DNA of 64,000 nucleotides from assembly GCA_029934055.1 (NCBI GenBank), contig JAOZMZ010000001.1, forward strand, positions 7,704 to 71,703, given 5' to 3'. Positions 34,743 to 45,174 of this stretch are shown piece after piece. Source of the DNA: Kiritimatiellia bacterium (lineage in GTDB: Bacteria > Verrucomicrobiota > Kiritimatiellia > B70-G9). Numbering within the stretch: the first letter of the stretch is position 1; the number at the start of each line of letters is the position of its first letter. The notes under the pieces are model-generated. The model made no database searches, was not told the DNA's origin, and was given only the letters and a program-made list of their open reading frames with translations. The translations under genes and the position numbers were made by a program.

Positions 34743-35996
34743 ATGCCGCAGTTCGTTTACACAGCACGCTCACAGGCAGGCGAAAAGGTAAGCGGTTCAG
34801 TGGAGGCCGCTGATCGCCGGGCCGCGTTGGCGAAGATAGAAAGACGCGGGCTTGTCCCGGTCTCGGTTGCTCCCGCCACCGGCGAAGAGTATAGAGTTAA
34901 GGAGCCGGCAGAGAAAAAGCGGGCTCCCGCCAGGAATGGGCGGACACGGCGGAGAGTCCGCATGAAACTGCGCGATCTACTGGTATTCACGCGTGAATTG
35001 GCGGATCTGCTGTCCTCCGGAATGACGTTGGGGCACGCGTTGAACACACTTGCGCGCCGGGATTCTCAGCATGGCACCGACGTGATCATCGCCGACTTGC
35101 GTGATGAGATAGTACAGGGGGCGAGCCTTTCCACGGCATTGGGGCGTTGGCCGGAGACCTTCCCGACGCTGTATGTCAGCATGGTGCGCGCCGGGGAGGC
35201 GAGCGGGCAGCTTTCGCAGGTCCTTGAACGACTGGTGTTGCACTACGAGCGGGTCCAGGAGGCGCGCGAGAAGGTTCTCATGGCCCTCATCTATCCGGCT
35301 ATCGTGCTGACGTTCGGGGGGGCGACGCTGGTGTTCGCCATGGTTTTCGTGGTGCCGCGTTTCACGGCGATTTTCGCCGAGCTGGGCAGCACGCTGCCCT
35401 TGCCGACCCTGATTCTCATCAAGGTCAGCCGTTTTCTCATGCACTACGGCCTGCTCGTTCTGGCGGGTCTTGTCGGTGGAGTGATGCTTCTGCGGCGCCT
35501 TCTGCGGACTCCGGCGGGAAGACGCTGGTGGGACCGGCTGCAGTTGAGAGTGCCGGTGATTCGCCGGATCGTCACAGCTAACTCGTTTGCGCAGTTTGCG
35601 AATACTTTAGGAGCGTTACTGTCGAACGGTGTGCCGGTGCTGGAGGCCTTGGGAATCGTTGAGGCCACGGTTGGTAATTCCATTATTGCAGAAGAGATTC
35701 ATCTGGCGCGGGAACGTGTAACCGATGGATCGAGCATTTCCGGGCCGCTGGCCGCTGGAAAAATCTTTCCTCCATTGATTACTGACATGCTGGCAGTCGG
35801 TGAGCAGTCCGGCGACATCAGCGGGGCGCTGATGCACATATCGCGGCGCTACGATGCGGAACTTGACCGGGCCGTGAAGGTCTTGACAACCGTAATCGAG
35901 CCTATACTGATTCTTGTGATGGCGGTTCTTGTAGGGTACGTTGCCATAAGTATTCTGTTGGCGGTATTCGATCTTACCAGTGGGCTCAACGTGTAG
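34743..35996 (+). CDS. gspF: Type II secretion system protein F (GspF/PilC family)
   Basis: Duplicated T2SSF domains and three TM regions. Motifs F.R.L..LL.SG and GEASGQL / GEQSGDI. Confidence 0.9.
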   Translation: MPQFVYTARSQAGEKVSGSVEAADRRAALAKIERRGLVPVSVAPATGEEYRVKEPAEKKRAPARNGRTRRRVRMKLRDLLVFTRELADLLSSGMTLGHALNTLARRDSQHGTDVIIADLRDEIVQGASLSTALGRWPETFPTLYVSMVRAGEASGQLSQVLERLVLHYERVQEAREKVLMALIYPAIVLTFGGATLVFAMVFVVPRFTAIFAELGSTLPLPTLILIKVSRFLMHYGLLVLAGLVGGVMLLRRLLRTPAGRRWWDRLQLRVPVIRRIVTANSFAQFANTLGALLSNGVPVLEALGIVEATVGNSIIAEEIHLARERVTDGSSISGPLAAGKIFPPLITDMLAVGEQSGDISGALMHISRRYDAELDRAVKVLTTVIEPILILVMAVLVGYVAISILLAVFDLTSGLNV

Positions 35997-36022
35997 GTGC
36001 AGACGATCTGGAGAAAGACAGC

Positions 36023-36457
36023 ATGAAAAGATTCAGCAGATCAAGTAGAGGCGGTTGGATGGCCGAAACACGATCTTCGGGGTTTACGTTGATTGAGATT
36101 CTGCTCGTTGTAGTGATCATAGGTATTCTGGTGGGAGTGGCACTGCCGCGCTTGGGGGGACGCAAGCGCCAGGCGGAAATATCGGCAGCGCGTGCCGATT
36201 TGGCCAATATCGGGACGGCGCTGAATCTCTATGAACTGGACAACGGGAGTTATCCCGGAAGCCTCCAGGCGCTGATCACCAATCCGGGTGGTGCCCAGAA
36301 TTGGAACGGGCCATATCTGCAGAAAGGGATGCCCAAGGATCCCTGGGGACACGACTACGTATACACTTTCCCCGGCAGCCACAATCCACACGGTTACGAT
36401 TTGAAGTCCCTTGGTCCGGACGGTGTGGAGAGCGATGATGATATTGCCAACTGGTAG
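36023..36457 (+). CDS. gspG: Type II secretion major pseudopilin GspG
   Basis: Prepilin leader and cleavage motif G/FTLIEILLVVVIIGIL. GspG signature LYELDNGSYP...PYL...PKDPWGHDY.Y..PG.HN..YDL.S.GPDG. Confidence 0.9.
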   Translation: MKRFSRSSRGGWMAETRSSGFTLIEILLVVVIIGILVGVALPRLGGRKRQAEISAARADLANIGTALNLYELDNGSYPGSLQALITNPGGAQNWNGPYLQKGMPKDPWGHDYVYTFPGSHNPHGYDLKSLGPDGVESDDDIANW

Positions 36458-36520
36458 GTGAACGCATGCCGGTCGCCCGGGCGGGGCCTTCGTTCCGGTG
36501 TGTGCCCGTGGGCGTGGCGG

Positions 36521-37594
36521 CTATCGGCGCTTGGTCTCACGAGCCGGTTCGGATTCAATGGCTCCTGATGCGAAACTTCGCAATTCATCCAGCGTGAAGG
36601 AGGGCGAGGCGCCGCGGGGGGCGCTGAGGAAAAGTATCCCCCCCATCAGGCTCCAGACCAGGCCCCCGGCATAGACAAGCAGCGAGAGAGGCACGGACCG
36701 GGCCGGCGGTACGCCCATTCCGAAAAAAATTGCAGCGAAGAGGGTTTCACGGAGCCCCAGAGCTCCGGGAGTAATGGGTAGGGCGCTCAGTACTGTTATG
36801 ATCGGAAAGACGGTCAGGTAGTCGGCGAACGTCCGGTTGATCAAAAGGCTGTGCCCGAAGCACCAGGCGGCGGCTGTCAGACAGAAGAGATTCAGGGTGG
36901 AGAGCAGGGCGGCGATGACCATCAGGGCGGGATGGGTGCGGTAGAAGTGAAGGGCTTCCAGCAGGCGTGTCGCGAGGTGAACCCGTAAGCCGCGAGGCAT
37001 CAGGGAGAGCTTTTTCAGGGGAGTGTGGATAGGCAGCAGCATCAGAAAGAGGCCGCCCGCCAGCATCGTCATGCCCAGCCAGGCGACCACCCGGCGCATT
37101 TTCGGCCCGATATAGATTCCTCCGTGCAGCGACATCATAAGCCATCCGACGAGGACGAAGATTGCCAGTCCCATGGCGCGATCAACCAGCACGGTCGAAG
37201 CCGAAGCGGTTCTGCGCCGGGGATGGCGGCGGACGATATAGTAGACGCGGGCCAGGTCTCCGCCGCAGGACCCCAGTGAAAAGGCGTTGAAAAACTGGCC
37301 GATGAAGAAGAAGCGGACGACATCGGCCGGGGACGCGTCCAGGTGTTGGACGTGCAGGATGGCGAGCCAACGGAATGCTCCCGCCATGAGACCGAGACCG
37401 GTAAGGGCAATTCCAGCCGTCCACCAGTGCGGCTGGTGGAATGCCTGCGAAAGTGTCTGGCGCAGGTCTTCGGCGGGGATTCGTGCAATCAGCCATGCCA
37501 ACATGATTGCGGCCAGAAAAAAGCGCGCCGTATTCATGAGGATGGATTTACGAGAGGCGGTTGTTCTCATGATGTCAGCCTCGATCGGGATCAT
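36521..37594 (-). CDS. Polytopic membrane protein, lysylphosphatidylglycerol-synthase-TM / flippase-like (UPF0104-like)
   Basis: About 8 hydrophobic helices. N-terminal FLAAIMLAWLIARIP and GDLARVYY-type motifs. Directly abuts the rmd-like gene. Confidence 0.55.
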   Translation of the reverse strand: MIPIEADIMRTTASRKSILMNTARFFLAAIMLAWLIARIPAEDLRQTLSQAFHQPHWWTAGIALTGLGLMAGAFRWLAILHVQHLDASPADVVRFFFIGQFFNAFSLGSCGGDLARVYYIVRRHPRRRTASASTVLVDRAMGLAIFVLVGWLMMSLHGGIYIGPKMRRVVAWLGMTMLAGGLFLMLLPIHTPLKKLSLMPRGLRVHLATRLLEALHFYRTHPALMVIAALLSTLNLFCLTAAAWCFGHSLLINRTFADYLTVFPIITVLSALPITPGALGLRETLFAAIFFGMGVPPARSVPLSLLVYAGGLVWSLMGGILFLSAPRGASPSFTLDELRSFASGAIESEPARETKRR

Positions 37595-38533
37595 CTATCC
37601 GCCATGATGAGAAGTTGTCTGCTGCTGAATATCACGGAAGACGTCCGTCAGAGTTGTCTCCAGATCATAGCGCGGCGCCCAGCCGGTCTCACGGCGGAGG
37701 CGGGCTGTATCGAGTATGGGTGTGCTGTCGGCGGGGCGGAATCTGGCCGGATCGACTTCGATTCGGGGAGACACACCGGAGATGCGGCTGAGCATTTCGA
37801 CGATGGCCGCGATTTTTGTTCGCTGTCCGGAAGCAATGTTATAGGCGGAACCGGGACGTCCCTTTTCCAAAATCAGGCGGTACGCCTTGGCGACGTCACG
37901 GACGTCGCTGAAATCGCGTTCGCTTTGGAGATTGCCGACACGGATTACGGCGGGGGCGTTACCTGCCGCGATCGCTGCGAACTGGGCGGCGAAGGAGGCG
38001 ACGACGAAATTCCGCGACTGGCCCGGTCCACAATGATTGTCTGGCCGGGCACACATCACCGCCATGGCGTAGCGGCGGGCATAGAGCCGGGCGGACATGT
38101 CGGCGCCTTCCTTGGACACCGCATAAGGATTCTCAGGGGCAAGGGGCGCGTCTTCGGTGAGTGGCGCACCTCGATTTCGACGCCCATACACTTCCGACGA
38201 AGATACGATCAGGAGACGGGCGTCGGGTGCTTTACGACGGAAGGCTTCGAGGAGGCGGACCGTGCCTATAAGATTCACGGCCAGAACTTTGGCGGGATCC
38301 TGCCAGCCGACCGGTACGAAGGCGATTCCGGCCAGATGGATACACCCCTGCGGGTTGACGCTCGCCACGATGTGCTCGAGATCCCCGTCCAGCAGGTCCG
38401 CGACGATATGGCGGGAGGTGATATTTTCTGAAAAGGTACGGTCGAGCTGCCATACCTCGTGTCCTGCGGCCGTCAGATCACGTACGAGATGGCGGCCGAC
38501 GAAGCCGTTGGCACCAGTAACGAGAACGCGCAT
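37595..38533 (-). CDS. NAD-dependent epimerase/dehydratase, probable GDP-4-keto-6-deoxy-D-mannose reductase (Rmd-like)
   Basis: Rossmann motif VLVTGANGFVGRHL and the Y..SK catalytic motif (YAVSKEGAD). Immediately downstream of gmd. Confidence 0.55.
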   Translation of the reverse strand: MRVLVTGANGFVGRHLVRDLTAAGHEVWQLDRTFSENITSRHIVADLLDGDLEHIVASVNPQGCIHLAGIAFVPVGWQDPAKVLAVNLIGTVRLLEAFRRKAPDARLLIVSSSEVYGRRNRGAPLTEDAPLAPENPYAVSKEGADMSARLYARRYAMAVMCARPDNHCGPGQSRNFVVASFAAQFAAIAAGNAPAVIRVGNLQSERDFSDVRDVAKAYRLILEKGRPGSAYNIASGQRTKIAAIVEMLSRISGVSPRIEVDPARFRPADSTPILDTARLRRETGWAPRYDLETTLTDVFRDIQQQTTSHHGG

Positions 38534-38536
38534 GAG

Positions 38537-39502
38537 TCAGCCTTTCAGGCGACGATACCGTTCCAGATCGGCTTCGACCATCATCTGGACGAGGCCTTCG
38601 AAGTCGACCGTGGGGGACCAGCCGAGCACGCGCTCGGCTTTGGATGGGTCGGCAACCAGGTGGTCCACCTCCGCCGGCCGCAACAAGGATTCGTCCACGA
38701 CGACATGTTTTTCCCAGTTCAGGCCGACGTGGTTGAACGCCAGGCGGACGAAATCACGCACGGAATGGCTGCGCCCGGTACCGACCACGAAATCATCGGG
38801 TTTGTCCTCCTGCAGCATCATCCACATCGCCCGGACGTAATCTCCGGCGAAGCCCCAGTCGCGTTCAGCCTCAAGGTTGCCGAGCCGCAGTTCGTTGGAC
38901 AGGCCGAGCTTGATCCGGGCGACCCCGTCGCTGATTTTCCTGGTGACGAACTCCATCCCGCGGCGGGGGCTCTCGTGGTTGAAGAGGATTCCCGAGACGG
39001 CGAAGAGGTCGTAACTTTCGCGATAATTGACGGTGATGTAGTGTCCGTACACCTTGGATACGCCGTAAGGGCTGCGTGGATAGAAAGGTGTGTTTTCATT
39101 TTGGGGGACTTCCCGAACTTTGCCGAACATTTCACTGCTGGAAGCCTGATAGAAGCGGGATCGGGGACAGACCAAGCGCATGGCTTCCAGGATACGGGTG
39201 ACCCCCAGGGCGGTGAATTCCCCGGTAAGCACGGGTTGATTCCAGGAGGTCGGAACGAAAGACATTGCAGCCAGGTTGTAGATTTCGTCCGGCTGGACTT
39301 CTTCGAGCATCTTTATCAGTGAGAGCTGGTCCAGCAGGTCGGCTTGGATCAGGGATATGCGGTCTTTGAAGTGAGCGATGCGTTCGAACTTTTCAGTGGA
39401 CGCCCGGCGGACCATGCCGTAGACGGAATAACCTTTTTCGAGAAGGAATTCCGCCAGATAAGACCCGTCCTGTCCGGTTATCCCGGTTATGAGTGCTTTC
39501 AT
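38537..39502 (-). CDS. gmd: GDP-mannose 4,6-dehydratase
   Basis: [42 protein letters not shown]. Start ATG at 39502 with GGAG upstream. The 74-codon extension in the track ORF is rejected. Confidence 0.9.
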   Translation of the reverse strand: MKALITGITGQDGSYLAEFLLEKGYSVYGMVRRASTEKFERIAHFKDRISLIQADLLDQLSLIKMLEEVQPDEIYNLAAMSFVPTSWNQPVLTGEFTALGVTRILEAMRLVCPRSRFYQASSSEMFGKVREVPQNENTPFYPRSPYGVSKVYGHYITVNYRESYDLFAVSGILFNHESPRRGMEFVTRKISDGVARIKLGLSNELRLGNLEAERDWGFAGDYVRAMWMMLQEDKPDDFVVGTGRSHSVRDFVRLAFNHVGLNWEKHVVVDESLLRPAEVDHLVADPSKAERVLGWSPTVDFEGLVQMMVEADLERYRRLKG

Positions 39503-39539
39503 AGTGCTTTCCGCTCCCAGGTTAGACTGTGTTTCCTGA

Positions 39540-40502
39540 TCATGACTGCCAGATTCTCTCAAGAAATGCACGGGCGTTGCTGATATCCGTGCCCGGAGTC
39601 GCCGGTGCCGGTTCCAAGACACGTGGTATATCCAGTGAAGCAAAAGTTTTGAAAGGAGCGAAGTCAATATTTCCCCGCGGGGGCATGAGGTGGTCCATGG
39701 CAGGGGGGCGGACGTCATGGACATGGAGTCCGCACAGATAAGGTCGGAGTCGTTCCAGCCAACGGAACTGATTTATGAAGCCCAGATTCTGGCGGACTTG
39801 TGCATGTCCGATGTCGTGCCAGTATCCGAGCGAAGGAGAATTGAAATGCTTGAGCAGGTCCTCGAGTTCCACCTCCGTGGGAATCGCTTCCCACGTCGGG
39901 AGGTTTTCTATGGCCAGTCTGACGCCGGTTTCTTCCAGTACGGGCAGGAGTTGTTCGATGCTTTCATAGAGTCCGGCAATGTGTCGGGCGGCCGCCTTTT
40001 CCCTGCGCACCTGCAGGCGGAGCTTGGTTTTCTCATAGGTTTTAGAGAACAGGCGCCCGGCGGCGGAGAGGGCTATCAGTTTTTCGGTGAGGCGTTGCAT
40101 ACGGACATTGCCGGCGTGCACCACGACTGTGTGCGCCCCGATGTGAGCGGCGAAGTTGATAGTGCGGCGGGTATGCTCCACGGCGCTGAGGCGTTCGCGG
40201 GGGTTAAGGGAAGCGAGGTCAAACAGTTCCGGATGACCCTGGGGGGCGCCGACGGGGACCGGGCAGAAGTTGTGTACGCTGTCGGCCCGGACGGCTCCCG
40301 ACGAGATCATTTTTTCGACACCGGGCACCAGGTCAATACGCAGGTCGTAGCCGAGTTCGATGCGTGAAAAACCGAGTGAAAGGATTTCCTCCACGAGGGC
40401 TTCACCACTGGAATGGCGGGATGCGTTCCAGCGCGTGCTCAAGGCCAGTTCAATTTGACTGCGGGAATCTTCCTGCATGTGTCCGATGGTGCGGCTTTGC
40501 AT
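39540..40502 (-). CDS. Sugar phosphate isomerase/epimerase family (xylose-isomerase-like TIM barrel) protein
   Basis: [20 protein letters not shown] and H-D-H metal-ligand spacing are typical of the AP_endonuc_2 TIM-barrel family. Specific function unknown. Confidence 0.6.
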   Translation of the reverse strand: MQSRTIGHMQEDSRSQIELALSTRWNASRHSSGEALVEEILSLGFSRIELGYDLRIDLVPGVEKMISSGAVRADSVHNFCPVPVGAPQGHPELFDLASLNPRERLSAVEHTRRTINFAAHIGAHTVVVHAGNVRMQRLTEKLIALSAAGRLFSKTYEKTKLRLQVRREKAAARHIAGLYESIEQLLPVLEETGVRLAIENLPTWEAIPTEVELEDLLKHFNSPSLGYWHDIGHAQVRQNLGFINQFRWLERLRPYLCGLHVHDVRPPAMDHLMPPRGNIDFAPFKTFASLDIPRVLEPAPATPGTDISNARAFLERIWQS

Positions 40503-40591
40503 GTGCCCGGAGCACCTTGCTCGGATTGCCGGTTCGAGGGGTCGGGTTACGTTTCTTCGGTTCGGGACGGCGGCGGGCGCCGGACCGGTCT

Positions 40592-40789
40592 TCAGCGCCG
40601 AGCCCTGGCACGGGCGCGGGCTGCCTTGCGGCGGCGGCGCTCACTCGGCTTTTCGTAATGTCGGTGAGACCGTAATTCCCGCATGACGCCCTCTTTATCG
40701 AGCTTTTTCTTGAGGCGGCGGATAGCCTTGTCTATCGGCTCACCTCGTCTTACTTTTACTTCTGCGACCACGGATTCGATCACTCCCAT
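40592..40789 (-). CDS. rpsU: 30S ribosomal protein S21
   Basis: [45 protein letters not shown] is canonical S21. Confidence 0.9.
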   Translation of the reverse strand: MGVIESVVAEVKVRRGEPIDKAIRRLKKKLDKEGVMRELRSHRHYEKPSERRRRKAARARARARR

Positions 40790-40999
40790 TCCCCTGTGTT
40801 GCGGCTACGATTAAGGAAAGTGGGGTACTTCCCGTCCCGTCCATTGTCGGCCGCGTTGCCGGCGAACGACCACCAGCCCGCGGCTTGAGAACGAAAAAGT
40901 ATCAGAATGCGGGTTAAAGTCAACCGCAATACCCGTATTTTATAGCGTTTTTGTCAAGTTTTTGTGCCAGTCGTCTGCTGGCGCCGAATGTCGGGAAGT

Positions 41000-42304
41000 T
41001 CAAGGCCTTCCGACCGAGGAGTAGGTGAAGCCGGCATTACGGGCGGTTGCAGGGTCGAGCACATTGCGGCCGTCAATGATGACCGGGCACTTCATCACGT
41101 CACGGAGCTTGTCGAGAGGAATTTCAGCGATCTGAGGCCAATCGGTGAGGATCAGGAGCAATTCCGCATCTCGGGCGCAATCGAGGATATCGTCAAGATA
41201 TTCGGGTTCCGGATGCAGTTCGCGGAATTTTGCGGCTGCGACCGGGTCCCAAAGCTTCAGGCGGGCGCCATCCTTGAGCAGGTGGGGTACGAAAAACAGT
41301 GCCGGGGATTCGCGGATATCGTCGGTGCCGGGTTTGAAGGCCAGGCCGAGGATGGCGATAACCTTGTCGTTGACGACCCACAACTCGTGTTGAATACGGC
41401 GCAAAATGTGTTCCCGCTGGCCGCGGTTGATTTTTTGAACTTCCTTGAGAAGGGTGAAGTCGTAACCGATTTGATCGGCGAGGTAGACGAATGCATCCAC
41501 ATCCTTGGGAAAGCATGAGCCCCCGTAGCCGACGCCGGCCCTGAGGAAGGACCGCCCGATGCGGCGATCAAGACCCATGCCGTGAGCGACCTGTTCGACG
41601 TCTGCGCCGGCAAGCTCACACACGCGGGCGACGGCGTTGATAAAGGAGATCTTGGTGGCCAGAAAAGAGTTGGACGCATGCTTGGTGAGTTCGGCGCTGG
41701 CGATATTCATGGTGAGAAATTCACAGCCGGAATCCCGGATGATCGGTTCGTAGATTTCGCGGAGTAATTTGGCGGCGCGTTCGCTTTCCACGCCGATGAC
41801 GATGCGATCGGGCTTGAAGGCGTCGTGGATCGCAGTCCCTTCACGGAGAAATTCGGGGTTGGAGGCCACATCAAAATCCACATCCGCGCGCAGGTATTTG
41901 GTCACGGTCCGCTTGAGTTGTTCGCCGGTGTTTACCGGCACTGTGCTTTTCTCCACGAGAAGGCGGTACCCGTCCATGTGTGCGGCGACTTCCCGGCCGA
42001 CCTGCTCGACATATGAGAGGTTGGGTTCGCCATGATAGCCGGGAGGTGTGCCGACAGCGATGAAGATGACTTCGGCGAAGAGGGTGCCTTCACGAATCGA
42101 GCTGGTGAAATGCAGGCGTCCGGCCTCGACATTCCGGCGTACCATATCTTCGAGACCGTCTTCATAGATCGGCATTTGCAGCTTGCGAAGGGCAGCGATC
42201 TTGCGCTCGTCGTTGTCCACGCATAGAACGTCGTGACCGATTTCAGCAAAACATGTCCCCGTCACCAGGCCCACATAGCCGGTTCCCACTATGGTTATTT
42301 TCAT
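41000..42304 (-). CDS. ugd: UDP-glucose 6-dehydrogenase
   Basis: MKITIVGTGYVGLVTG, GGSCFPKD (catalytic Cys), AFKPGTDDIRESP. Confidence 0.9.
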   Translation of the reverse strand: MKITIVGTGYVGLVTGTCFAEIGHDVLCVDNDERKIAALRKLQMPIYEDGLEDMVRRNVEAGRLHFTSSIREGTLFAEVIFIAVGTPPGYHGEPNLSYVEQVGREVAAHMDGYRLLVEKSTVPVNTGEQLKRTVTKYLRADVDFDVASNPEFLREGTAIHDAFKPDRIVIGVESERAAKLLREIYEPIIRDSGCEFLTMNIASAELTKHASNSFLATKISFINAVARVCELAGADVEQVAHGMGLDRRIGRSFLRAGVGYGGSCFPKDVDAFVYLADQIGYDFTLLKEVQKINRGQREHILRRIQHELWVVNDKVIAILGLAFKPGTDDIRESPALFFVPHLLKDGARLKLWDPVAAAKFRELHPEPEYLDDILDCARDAELLLILTDWPQIAEIPLDKLRDVMKCPVIIDGRNVLDPATARNAGFTYSSVGRP

Positions 42305-42510
42305 TCTACGCCTCCTGAAATGTGATTTAGGCGCTACATCCTAGCGGGGCTCGCCCGGGAATGGAAGTTTTTCATCATCTGCTGAGGATGAATTTTACTT
42401 GAATTCTCCACAAGAAGCGTTTTACCTACACCGCATTCCCGAACGGGGAAATTTCTCCGTGCCGATCTTTCGGGATGCGGGCGGAGGACGGAAAAGAAGC
42501 AGGAGTGCTC

Positions 42511-44676
42511 ATGGAAAGCGATGTCATTGCGATGGCGGATATTCGTGTTCCCGAGGAATTGTCGCGGCTGACGGAACTGGCGTACAACTTGTGGTGGACG
42601 TGGACGCCTCAGGCGCGCCTGCTGTTTGCGACGATCAATAAGACCCTGTGGGGGTTGTACCGAAATCCCGTCCAGTTGCTGATAAACATCGAGCCGCATT
42701 ATTGGGAGCGGGTCGTGGACGACGGCGGAGCTTTCATGGCGCAGTATCGGCGGGTCATCCGTGATTTCGAGCGTTACATGGACCCGGAAACCGGCACCTG
42801 GTTCAAGCGCCGGTTGCCGGATTATACAGGGGGGCCGGTCGCCTATTTCACGCCGGAGTTCGGTCTTCATGAGAGCCTCGGGATTTACTGCGGTGGACTG
42901 GGCGTACTTTCCGGTGACCATGCCAAGGCCGCCAGTGACCTCGGGTTGCCGTTCGTGGGGGTCGGCCTGCTCTATCGCTACGGCTATTTTCGGCAGGCGG
43001 TTGATCCGGACGGCCGGCAGCATCATATCTACGCATCATCGGATTTTCACCGTTTACCCTTGCGCCCTGTTCACGACGCCACCGGACGGCCTCTTCAGGT
43101 TCCGGTTGACTTCCCTGACAGGACGGTGCAGGCGCGTGTCTGGCAGGTTACGGTGGGACGGGTGAAGCTTTACCTGTTGGATACCGACATACCCGAGAAT
43201 GACCCGGCCGACCGGCCGATCACGGCGCAGCTTTATGTGCGCGGTCGCGAGATGAGGCTGTGCCAAGAGATACTGCTCGGCGTGGGGGGGGCGCGGGCCT
43301 TGCGGGCCTTACGGATTGAGCCGGCCGTGTGGCATTTGAACGAGGGGCATTCGGCCTTCATGCTGGTCGAGCGGTTGCGCGAGTTGGTAAAGCACGGGCG
43401 TTCTTGGAAAGAGGCCCTTGATACGGTTCGGCGGGAAAGCGTGTTTACCACACACACACCGGTTCCGGCCGGCAATGAATCCTTTGACAACGCCTTGGTA
43501 GCCAAGTACATGCAGCCCTACGTAGATGATATGGGCGTTGAGCCTTCGATCGTATTGGATTTGGGCAAACCGTACCCTGAAGGGAGCGGACAGCCGTTCA
43601 ATCTGACGGCGCTGGCCTTGCGGTTGAGCCGTTATGCAAACGGAGTCAGCCGCCTGCATGGTGAAGTGGCCAACCAGATGTGGGCGCACATGTTTCCGGA
43701 AAATGAGCGTGCCGGCCGGCCGATCAAGCATATCACCAACGGAGTACATGTGCCGACCTGGCTGGGGCATGACGTGCGCACGCTGATCGAAGAGAATCTC
43801 GGGGCGGACTGGCATGATCACGTATGTGATGCCGAACACTGGGAGGCCTTGAGGAAGGTGCGCGACAAGGATCTTTGGGAGTCGCACCAGAATCAGAAGG
43901 ACAGGCTTTTCCGGCTCGTGCGTCATCGTCTGGTAGGACAATTCGCGCGGCACGGCAAGAGCCCTGACGAGTTGCGTGAGGTCTCGCGGATGCTGGAGAT
44001 GAATACGCTGACCATCGGATTTGCCCGTCGCTTCGCCACATACAAGCGTGCGGGGCTGATTTTTCAGGACTACAACCGCCTCAAGAGTATCATCACCAAT
44101 CCGGATCATCCGGTTCAGATAATTTTTTCCGGGAAGGCGCATCCTGCGGATGAACCCGGTCAGGAGCTGGTCCGTCATATCGTCAACATCGCCTTTTACT
44201 CGGAGCTGAAGGGATACGTCTTTTTCGTTGAGGACTACGATATCCGCATCGCGCGGCATCTTGTACAGGGGGTGGACATATGGCTGAACACGCCGCGCCG
44301 TCCCCGTGAGGCGAGCGGGACCAGCGGGATGAAGGCCGCCCTCAACGGCGCCTTGAATCTGAGTATTGCAGACGGGTGGTGGGCGGAGGGATACAATGGT
44401 GCGAACGGCTGGGTGATCGGCAGTGATAAGCATTCCGACAACGAGGAGTTACAGGACTATGAAGATTCCTCTTCGTTCTACGATCTCCTCGAACACCAGA
44501 TCATCCCGCTTTACTACCAGCACCGCGAGGACGGCGTTCCCCTGGAGTGGGTCAAGTGGATGAAAGAGAGCATGATCAGCGTCCTGCCGAATTTCTCGGC
44601 CGCCCGGATGCTGCGCGAATACGTGGATATGGCATATTTCTCCGAAGCGGAGACGGGCCGGGGAGAGGCCTCGTAG
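42511..44676 (+). CDS. glgP: Alpha-glucan phosphorylase (GT35, maltodextrin/glycogen phosphorylase, short bacterial/archaeal type)
   Basis: LAYNLWWTW, YFTPEFG..ESL..YCGGLGVLSGDH, EASGTSGMKAALNG (PLP lysine region). Start ATG at 42511 with AGGAG at 42501-42505. Confidence 0.85.
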   Translation: MESDVIAMADIRVPEELSRLTELAYNLWWTWTPQARLLFATINKTLWGLYRNPVQLLINIEPHYWERVVDDGGAFMAQYRRVIRDFERYMDPETGTWFKRRLPDYTGGPVAYFTPEFGLHESLGIYCGGLGVLSGDHAKAASDLGLPFVGVGLLYRYGYFRQAVDPDGRQHHIYASSDFHRLPLRPVHDATGRPLQVPVDFPDRTVQARVWQVTVGRVKLYLLDTDIPENDPADRPITAQLYVRGREMRLCQEILLGVGGARALRALRIEPAVWHLNEGHSAFMLVERLRELVKHGRSWKEALDTVRRESVFTTHTPVPAGNESFDNALVAKYMQPYVDDMGVEPSIVLDLGKPYPEGSGQPFNLTALALRLSRYANGVSRLHGEVANQMWAHMFPENERAGRPIKHITNGVHVPTWLGHDVRTLIEENLGADWHDHVCDAEHWEALRKVRDKDLWESHQNQKDRLFRLVRHRLVGQFARHGKSPDELREVSRMLEMNTLTIGFARRFATYKRAGLIFQDYNRLKSIITNPDHPVQIIFSGKAHPADEPGQELVRHIVNIAFYSELKGYVFFVEDYDIRIARHLVQGVDIWLNTPRRPREASGTSGMKAALNGALNLSIADGWWAEGYNGANGWVIGSDKHSDNEELQDYEDSSSFYDLLEHQIIPLYYQHREDGVPLEWVKWMKESMISVLPNFSAARMLREYVDMAYFSEAETGRGEAS

Positions 44677-44679
44677 GGG

Positions 44680-45147
44680 TCATTTGCCGGTTGCAATCAG
44701 GTAGCCCCAGTTCAGCAGGACGGCCCCCAAGATTCCCAATACGATCACCAATTTTTCCGGCAAGGTGACTTCGGTCACCCGCAGTCGCGGTAGATGGAGA
44801 GTCACGGCCGCCAGTGCATAGAGCATATAGAGGAAGGCTCCGACGAGGATTACTGCCGCCAGGGGTTGCATGAGGAACGCTGCCAGGAACCGACCGTGGA
44901 GAAGGAGGCGGGCACATCGCAGACTTCCACAGGTCGGGCAGGGATATCCGGTCAGCTCGTGAAAGAAACAGGGAGGGATAAACTCATCCGGACTGGCGGC
45001 GGCGATGAGCGCGGTGAAAATGATAATCGGCAGGATGAATAGTCCGACCTGCCTTTCCCAGTCATTCCCCGGCGGCGGAGGTTTCTTGAAAATGAAACGC
45101 ATGTACAGGCGCACGGCGGGCGGCTTGGCGCCGCCCGCCGATGGCAA
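44680..45147 (-). CDS. DUF2752-like membrane protein
   Basis: CFFHELTGYPCPTCGSLRC motif followed by TM helices. An alternative start is at M16. Confidence 0.55.
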   Translation of the reverse strand: MPSAGGAKPPAVRLYMRFIFKKPPPPGNDWERQVGLFILPIIIFTALIAAASPDEFIPPCFFHELTGYPCPTCGSLRCARLLLHGRFLAAFLMQPLAAVILVGAFLYMLYALAAVTLHLPRLRVTEVTLPEKLVIVLGILGAVLLNWGYLIATGK

Positions 45148-45174
45148 GGTTGCACGAAAGAAACCCGTTTTTCT

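Noticed and set aside
40790-40999. Promoter-like hexamers (TTGACT-16 nt-TACTTT and TTGACA nearby, minus strand) and a ~110-nt leader upstream of rpsU, considered as a ribosomal-protein leader RNA.
   Set aside because: I could not find a convincing conserved structure or S21-binding mimic by eye, and the -10 elements are weak. It is left unannotated.
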